NCBI GenBank assembly: GCA_038889235.1
Contig: JAWAHN010000001.1
Span: 884,499 to 916,498, forward strand
Source of the DNA: Candidatus Jordarchaeales archaeon
GTDB taxonomy: Archaea; Asgardarchaeota; Jordiarchaeia; Jordiarchaeales; Freyrarchaeaceae
DNA length: 32,000 nt
Direction of reading: 5' to 3'
Position 1 is the first letter of the stretch, and the number at the start of each line of letters is the position of its first letter. The notes beneath the pieces were generated by a model that had not been told where the DNA came from, made no database searches, and was given only the letters and a program-made list of their open reading frames with translations. The position numbers and the translations under genes were made by a program. This document shows, one piece after another, positions 27,441 through 32,000 of the stretch.

Positions 27441-28064
27441 TTAATAAACGCCTAACAGCTCTTTTATGAAGCGCCCTATTGCAAGGTTAGAAAACTCATC
27501 TGAGATTTGAAGGGTGATGGGGAATCTTTCAGAGGAGGGGCGTGAACTCAGTAAGCTGTGAAGATAGCGGAGAAAGGCGTAGTACTTAGTTCGCCTTATG
27601 GAGCTCCATGTTTTTTTGTTAACTGATTTTCTGGCAGATTTAATGGTGTAACTGAAAAATGAAAGGCCTCCTAGCTTTAAAGCTGTGACAGCAGCCATTA
27701 AAAGCGCTATGGAGGCAAATAGCTTGCCGGTCCTAGAGGGGGTGGAGGAGGCTTTTTGATAGCCTTCAAGAAAGCATTTTAGCGCTTCTCTGAAATGTCC
27801 TCCAGCAAAAAGACAGTCGCCTGCCTTAATGTAGAGCGCAGCCGCCCTGATGTGCATTCCTTCACTCTCGAGGAAAGAGGCGCACAGAAGTAAGAGTGGG
27901 AGGCAAACTTGATGATCATTTGTCACGTCTACTGACAAAACAAAATTTAGTATTGTCCCTAAGGCGTCTATAGCTTCAGTATACATGCTTGCGAGCCTCT
28001 TGCCACCACTTTTTTCCTTGAAAGTAAACATGTAGTTTTCTAAGGTTCGTACTGCTGCCTCCAA
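27441..28064 (-). CDS. Hypothetical all-helical protein with a TPR/SNAP-like repeat
   Basis: AAALYIKAGDCLFAGGHFREALKCFLEGYQKA. Start reassigned to TTG 28064 (GAGGTG SD 7 nt upstream) to avoid a head-to-head overlap with the MBL gene. Confidence 0.6.
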   Translation of the reverse strand: MEAAVRTLENYMFTFKEKSGGKRLASMYTEAIDALGTILNFVLSVDVTNDHQVCLPLLLLCASFLESEGMHIRAAALYIKAGDCLFAGGHFREALKCFLEGYQKASSTPSRTGKLFASIALLMAAVTALKLGGLSFFSYTIKSARKSVNKKTWSSIRRTKYYAFLRYLHSLLSSRPSSERFPITLQISDEFSNLAIGRFIKELLGVY

Positions 28065-28163
28065 GAAGGTGCACCTCTTCTCAAGCCGGGTTCCTGAGTT
28101 ATGGGGCAGAGGAGTGGTTACATTTATAGTTAGCGAGATTTCCCTAGGATTGCAGGTGAAAGA

Positions 28164-29198
28164 GTGGCTGAGTTTTTTGGTTGGAAAGCTTCCGTAACAA
28201 GTTCTAAGGCAGTCATCTTGGGTAAGGAGGTTATATGCGACGGACATGAAAACGGATACAAAGTGAGAATAGTTACTCACGCTCATTCAGATCATACATG
28301 CAGTTTAAAGGAGAGTGTTAGGAAGTGCGACCTCGTTATTTCGACTAAGGAAACGAAAGATATACTGATGGCTTTGGGGAGGAGGGAGGCGAAGCTTCTA
28401 GTGTCAGCTAATGGCGGCGACACCATAAAGTATGGAGAAGAAAAGATTAAGCTTATCCCCGTGGAGCATATTCTAGGAACGGTACAGGTGCTCGTCGAGA
28501 GAGAGGATGGAACACGGTGCCTTTATAGCAGTGACTTCAAACTCCATGGCGCGCCGACAGTTAATTGTGACGTTTTAGTCCTCGACTCGACTTACGGTTC
28601 ACCTGACTACATAAGACCCGACTTAAATGAAGTCTACGACGCACTCCTCACTATAGTTGAGGATCACTTGGCTAAAGGAAGGCCGGTTCATGTTTTTGGA
28701 TTTGTGGGAAAGCTCCAAGACGCAATGGCCTTTCTTAGAGAGAGCAAAGTGGATGCTCCTTTCATAGTCTCACCCAGAATGTACAGGGTGTCAAAGGTCT
28801 ATGAGAAATATGGATTCGACTTAGGTGAATTCTATTCTTCAGAGGGGGTCATAGGGGGAAAAATATTGGAAAAAGGAGAGACACACGTCGCATTTTTCAC
28901 ACCTTTCGAGAAACATCGTTCAAACATAGACTGCGTGCACGTAGAGTTGACAGGATGGCTCTTTAGAACGCCATACATCAGAAAAGGGGAAAATAAGTAC
29001 ATAGTTGCACTTAGTGGGCACGCTGACTTCAACCAATTAATACAATATGTTGAAAGGTGTAGGCCAAAATACGTAATAACAGATAACTCGCGTGGAGGTC
29101 AAGCCGAGAAATTAGCCAAGGAAATAGAGAAGAGGTTGGGAATATACGCTAGTCCCTCTCCACTGAAAAACACTAAAAAGCTAGTTCTCGACAACTAA
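28164..29198 (+). CDS. Metallo-beta-lactamase (beta-CASP-like) nuclease
   Basis: VTHAHSDH, HILG, YSSDFK, LDSTYGSP, SGHADF. GTG start with AGGTGA SD. Confidence 0.85.
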   Translation: MAEFFGWKASVTSSKAVILGKEVICDGHENGYKVRIVTHAHSDHTCSLKESVRKCDLVISTKETKDILMALGRREAKLLVSANGGDTIKYGEEKIKLIPVEHILGTVQVLVEREDGTRCLYSSDFKLHGAPTVNCDVLVLDSTYGSPDYIRPDLNEVYDALLTIVEDHLAKGRPVHVFGFVGKLQDAMAFLRESKVDAPFIVSPRMYRVSKVYEKYGFDLGEFYSSEGVIGGKILEKGETHVAFFTPFEKHRSNIDCVHVELTGWLFRTPYIRKGENKYIVALSGHADFNQLIQYVERCRPKYVITDNSRGGQAEKLAKEIEKRLGIYASPSPLKNTKKLVLDN

Positions 29199-29310
29199 GA
29201 CCTTCTTGCTTTTCTAGGTTTAAAGCCAGTGAACTATAGGACAATGTGAAGAATATCGTGAAAGAGACGCAAAGAAATGTATAGGAACTTTTGAAAAGAA
29301 GCTGGCGCTA

Positions 29311-31698
29311 TTACGGGTATACGTTAAGATTGTAGCGTCGTCGCTCTAAGAACTCTTCTCTTTTAGCATCATTCCACGTTCCTTTGACTCCTTGCAAGTA
29401 TCCTGTAATACGGGAGTATATCTCGGCTTTCTGGCTACCACACTTTGGACACTTAAACTCAAGCAACTCTTTAACCGAGTCAAAGTGAGTGTTTCTCCAA
29501 TCTATTCTGCCTTGTGAGCGGCAATCGGGGCATATCCATATGTCCACCGTAAAGTCGAAGTATGCGGTCAGCGTGTTTCGAGCGATCTTAACTATGAATT
29601 TCCATAAAGCGTAAGGATCCGGGTATACATCATTGAGGAATATGTGTTGGAGGAAGCCGCCTCCAAGCAAGGGGGCGAACATCGCTTCTTTCTTTATCCG
29701 CTCATCCAAGGGGATGTCCGCGTCCACTGGCTGATGCACCGAGTTTGTGAGGTACACGTTTGGATATTTACCCCTAAGGTAAGGTCTTACTTCCGGGTAG
29801 CGCTCATAAAGTATTCTTGCAAGCTTGCCAGCCGCAGATTCTGCAGGTGTCCGTGTGACCTCAAATATGAGGCCTGTTTCTTCCGACCACTCTTTTGCCA
29901 ACTCATTCATGAACTTCAAGATCTTAACAGCGAACTTCAACCCCTCTTCATGCCAAAGCGGATATCCTGTTACAATTTCTACGGTTTCAGCGAACCCTAT
30001 AGTTCCTATCAATAGCTCTCTTTCCTCGGGAACAATCATGTCCTTTCCATTCGGCCTTTTAACGTTATACAACGGGGCTAAACCGAGGCGTTTAATACGC
30101 TTGACAACTTCGTACCTGTAAAGCAGACTAGGAACCGTTATCTCGTTTATTATCCTTCCAAAGTCCTCGAAGAATGCGTCTTCATCCTTCCCCATAGTCC
30201 GCGCAGCCGAGGCGACAGGGTTCGGCGTGTCCATCTGTATGGCACCGTAGACGGCATTTCCAGTAATGTATTCCTCAACTTGCTCTGGTGTTTTGGCACC
30301 CCAGGTGTGGGAGCAACATGAAACGCAGCCGCCGATGATTTTTTTCCTCCAGTTAAGGTAATTGACGAAGTATGGTAAACCGTACTTCGCAGCTAACCTA
30401 GCGGCCCAAATGTAGGCTTCTTCAAATTCTGGTTTCATCCACTCTTCTCTAAGTTCGATGTTAAGCTTGGGATAGTTGAACGGTTTACCGTACCGGTCAC
30501 CGTAATACATGACTTTCATGAATTCTACGAAGTAGGTTTTCACTTCGTCAACAAAGTCACCGTAAACGTATTTTTCGCTTGTCTTACCTCCTGGGAGAAT
30601 TACCGGCTCGTTCATAAACTCTTTCTTTATGCCGGGTCCTATGTCTATTGATGTGAAGGGGACTTGGCCGCCTCTTGCAACATATTGTTGTGTGGCGATG
30701 TATGGAGTGTGCTGGCAGGCTTGTTCAACTTCACGTTTTGCTACACGTTTCAAAACGTAGGCCACAATGGCTTCTATAATCTCTCTCGGAACTTGGCTAA
30801 ACTTCTGATAAAGTTCATCAGTTAAGCCTAAAGCGGGTTGGTTCATTTCTGCAACAAATTGTGCGGCACTCTTTAATGCTTCCTCTTGCTTGAGTCCCCT
30901 GAGGTACCAAGCTATACCTTCCATCCAATTGTGGAATCCTTGACCCCCAGACATGTTGCTTTGCCACGTCGCTAACCATATAGCTGCATGGTTAACAAAT
31001 ACTGCCAAGTGTTTTGGTGGACCAGCACTTGAAGAGTGCATTCCTCTTAAGCCGTCGGGCTCCAGTCCTTGAACAATGAACAGGCGGGGATCCCACGACG
31101 CACAGTAGTCTCTTATACTCGTGTACTCCCTGTCTTTATGGTAGTTATCGCCATTCAAGTGAGCATCTGCAATGTTAGTGTCAAACACTAATTTTTTCCC
31201 ACTAGGAACGGTTACTTCCAAGTGTCCTGGCAAAGTTAGGTATGTATGTTCGGTCATTACACGGTCATAAACGACTTTGGCAATAGTTTCAGGGTTTATT
31301 TGTAGGTTAGCGTTCCAAGTGTGCTGCAGCGGGTTAAGGATCATTTCGTTCAGGTCATAAATAGGTATACCTATCCTAGTGTAGCGTTTTCTGGCTTCTA
31401 TAAGACCCATTTCAGCCAGGACGGAGCAGCACATTTCCCGTATCATTGGGCCTGAAAGCCACTGAATGTTCGCTGAGATTATGCGCTTAACGACATTCTT
31501 AGCTACTTCAGAAGCAACCTCCCTGCTGACACCAGCCTCCTTAACGAGACTGTCAATTATTTTTCTAACGTCAAAAGGCTCTATCATTCCTCGGTTTGTT
31601 CTAACTGCAGGCATCAACGAGCTCCAGAAAGTTTCATCAGTTCTTTCTTCTTTCACATTCTCTTCACTATGATTGAGGGCGGGCTTCACAAAAATCAC
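29311..31698 (-). CDS. nrdD: Anaerobic (class III) ribonucleoside-triphosphate reductase with ATP cone
   Basis: N-terminal ATP cone (FDVRKIIDSLVKEAG), TPAES, YLTNS, Zn site CPDC...CPKCG, glycyl-radical loop YSRITGYL. Start uncertain. Confidence 0.93.
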   Translation of the reverse strand: MIFVKPALNHSEENVKEERTDETFWSSLMPAVRTNRGMIEPFDVRKIIDSLVKEAGVSREVASEVAKNVVKRIISANIQWLSGPMIREMCCSVLAEMGLIEARKRYTRIGIPIYDLNEMILNPLQHTWNANLQINPETIAKVVYDRVMTEHTYLTLPGHLEVTVPSGKKLVFDTNIADAHLNGDNYHKDREYTSIRDYCASWDPRLFIVQGLEPDGLRGMHSSSAGPPKHLAVFVNHAAIWLATWQSNMSGGQGFHNWMEGIAWYLRGLKQEEALKSAAQFVAEMNQPALGLTDELYQKFSQVPREIIEAIVAYVLKRVAKREVEQACQHTPYIATQQYVARGGQVPFTSIDIGPGIKKEFMNEPVILPGGKTSEKYVYGDFVDEVKTYFVEFMKVMYYGDRYGKPFNYPKLNIELREEWMKPEFEEAYIWAARLAAKYGLPYFVNYLNWRKKIIGGCVSCCSHTWGAKTPEQVEEYITGNAVYGAIQMDTPNPVASAARTMGKDEDAFFEDFGRIINEITVPSLLYRYEVVKRIKRLGLAPLYNVKRPNGKDMIVPEERELLIGTIGFAETVEIVTGYPLWHEEGLKFAVKILKFMNELAKEWSEETGLIFEVTRTPAESAAGKLARILYERYPEVRPYLRGKYPNVYLTNSVHQPVDADIPLDERIKKEAMFAPLLGGGFLQHIFLNDVYPDPYALWKFIVKIARNTLTAYFDFTVDIWICPDCRSQGRIDWRNTHFDSVKELLEFKCPKCGSQKAEIYSRITGYLQGVKGTWNDAKREEFLERRRYNLNVYP

Positions 31699-31982
31699 CT
31701 TTCCATTATATTCATCAACATATTCTTCAGCTCTTCATAAGACACAGGTTCCCCGAGAACCAGAGCTTTCATATCATCATCTCTAACAGCGACAATAGTT
31801 GGCGTGCTTACAACGTAAATTTGATTCTTGAGCAATTCGAATTCAAGCTCCTCCGAAAGTTCTTTAACATCTACTATCTCAAATGGGATCTTAAGCTCCT
31901 CACAGACCTTCTCAGCCGACTTTTTTGCTACAGGACAGTTCGGGCAGTTTTCTTGCGTAAAAACAATAAGCTTTCTTATCAT
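31695..31982 (-). CDS. Glutaredoxin/thioredoxin-like protein (NrdH-like redoxin)
   Basis: LIVFTQENCPNCPVAK (CxxC) and VSTPTIV cis-Pro motif. Stop overlaps the nrdD start region. Confidence 0.85.
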   Translation of the reverse strand: MIRKLIVFTQENCPNCPVAKKSAEKVCEELKIPFEIVDVKELSEELEFELLKNQIYVVSTPTIVAVRDDDMKALVLGEPVSYEELKNMLMNIMER

Positions 31983-32000
31983 TGCATTCAAAACCCCCAA

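Noticed and set aside
28065-28286. N-terminal extension of ORF 27441-28286
   Set aside because: It would overlap the MBL gene head-to-head. A TTG start with a strong SD at 28064 is more plausible.

Overview
Archaeal chromosomal window, probably from a thermophile given the very GC-rich structural RNAs in a more AT-rich background. An Asgard or deep TACK-like lineage is my inference, not shown directly. The protein genes are mostly housekeeping: dys, tiaS, tsr3, a NIP7-like PUA gene, a +1-frameshifted RsmB/NOP2 m5C methyltransferase, aIF-1A, a large surface protein, a divergent Cdc6/ArsR/TadC-like unit, a his operon (D-C-HAD-B-H-A-F-IE), ilvE, a gamma-CA-like gene, RaSEA plus ArcS, an MBL nuclease, and NrdD with an NrdH-like redoxin. 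The most interesting content is RNA that the ORF track does not show. (1) A 210-nt tRNA-Met(CAU) gene at 23331-23540 is split by four BHB introns (17/17a, 20a/21, 37/38, 59/60). It has a 5-nt micro-exon and an apparently ordered D-loop splicing path, and it reassembles into a 77-nt cloverleaf. (2) A ~307-nt multi-hairpin H/ACA guide RNA at 5758-6064 has K-turns. Two of its pockets pair with this window's own 23S rRNA at positions equivalent to yeast Psi2865 and Psi2264, and two hairpins are enclosed by an unusual 17-bp clamp helix. (3) A stand-alone 23S rRNA gene has its own promoter, a canonical BHB processing stem and an enlarged H98/ES39 region. (4) An RNase P RNA and a tRNA-Thr(UGU) with a 32/33 intron are also present. 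All RNA structures were folded by hand and need computational and experimental confirmation.
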